Source of the DNA: Diplonema japonicum
Lineage: Eukaryota > Protista > Euglenozoa: Diplonemea
Assembly (NCBI GenBank): GCA_964019335.1
Contig: OZ025754.1
Coordinates: 186,001 to 250,000, forward strand
Length of the DNA stretch: 64,000 nt
Reading direction: 5' to 3'
The first letter of the stretch is position 1; every line of letters starts with the position of its first letter. This document shows positions 63,088-64,000 of this stretch, piece by piece. The notes beneath the pieces are model-generated. The model was not told the origin of the DNA. It saw only the letters and a program-made list of their open reading frames with translations, and made no database searches. A program made the translations under genes and the position numbers.

Positions 63088-63494
63088 GTGCCACCACCTT
63101 GGTACCCTCCCCCGCTTGATGAAAGGTAAGGCTTAGGGGTGAATAAGCAAAGGAGAAGGAAAAGGAAAAGGGAAAGCAGAATATAAAAAAGGGGACGAGG
63201 GAAAAGGGGGCGGAAACGTGAGTTTTTTTCTTACACGAGGGGGACTCCCCCCTCCCATTCATGTTTTCTTTTAAATCTACACACTCGAAGAGAAAAAAAA
63301 AGAAAGAAGAAAAAAAGAGAAAAAAAAGAGAGAGAAAAATAAATAAAAAAAAAGATTTACCTGCTGTCGACCTCTTCCGACCCCCAACACCCTTTTCTCG
63401 TTCTCGTAGTGGAAATGGGAAAAATGAACCGTGAAGGCAAAACGAAATAACGAGAAAAGGGGGGAGGGGGGACGGTTTTTCTACAGGTAGGCTA

Positions 63495-64000
63495 CTACAG
63501 GTACGCGGGCATGGTGGGGAGGGGTGTTCCTCTGCATCTGCTGATGTTGCTGGTCAAAGCTTTTTGCGCTTCGATGTCCGCACGCAGACCCTGAATGGCG
63601 AGGAGGAGGGTTTCCTTTTGGCAGTTCAAAGACTTGGTCTCAGCGTGTAGAGCAGCAAAAGTGCTGTCGTTGTCATGTGCCTTAATGGTGATGGTGGTAG
63701 CGAGCTTCTCTCGGGTGGCAGCAAGCTTTTTATCCCGCTTCTGGTTTTCCTCGTTTGTGCGTGCGGTCTTGTCCATGTTACACTGGTACAAGTCTGCCGA
63801 CGAGACGACCACCTTGTGGAACTTCTCACATGATGCGCGCACTGCCTGCATCTCCTTATCCCTCGTGTCTTTCTCGATCTTCCTCAGTTTGCTCTCCCTC
63901 TCCTTCTCCGCCTTCCCGACCGTTTGCATCACCTCCGCCGACTGCTCATCCACACGGCTTATAAACTTCATAACCTCCTTCAACTCCGGCAGCTTCTTCT
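63495..64000 (-). CDS. 3' end of a coiled-coil protein (continues beyond the window)
   Basis: Open frame running to the window edge; E/K-rich heptads. Confidence 0.6.
   Translation of the reverse strand, partial: KKLPELKEVMKFISRVDEQSAEVMQTVGKAEKERESKLRKIEKDTRDKEMQAVRASCEKFHKVVVSSADLYQCNMDKTARTNEENQKRDKKLAATREKLATTITIKAHDNDSTFAALHAETKSLNCQKETLLLAIQGLRADIEAQKALTSNISRCRGTPLPTMPAYL

Noticed and set aside
1-64000. tRNA, rRNA or snRNA genes
   Set aside because: None was recognisable by eye; small snoRNAs cannot be excluded without a covariance-model search.

Overview
Eukaryotic, intron-poor DNA, most likely from a euglenozoan protist and probably a diplonemid (inference). All ~20 credible genes lie on the minus strand as one directional cluster, separated by long poly-A/T and poly-G/C tracts, and at least one GT-AG cis-intron is evident. 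The core flanks (3.5-29.1 kb and 49.4-64 kb) carry housekeeping genes: CHD remodeler, ACSF3/MatB-like ligase, GT34- and GT92-like glycosyltransferases, two RING-H2 paralogs, AMPK beta, kinesin-FYVE, cytochrome b5-acyl-CoA dehydrogenase, a WSC mucin-like protein, a UBL/UIM calpain, a WD40-PDZ protein and SAS-6. Between them (~29.3-48.7 kb) is a transposon-rich accessory island. It holds a segmental duplication with two kinase-(ubiquitin-like)-LRR genes whose kinase halves are almost identical but whose 25-aa LRR arrays differ (24 vs 4 units, with variation concentrated at fixed positions). Two LRR pseudogenes belong to the same family (one in the island, one just outside at 26.4 kb). The island also has a broken APE-RT LINE, pogo and hAT remnants, a hairpin element with asymmetric inverted repeats, and a poly(A)-tailed short repeat. 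The variable kinase-LRR family is the best candidate for an undescribed system. All calls come from reading the sequence by eye; no database searches were run.
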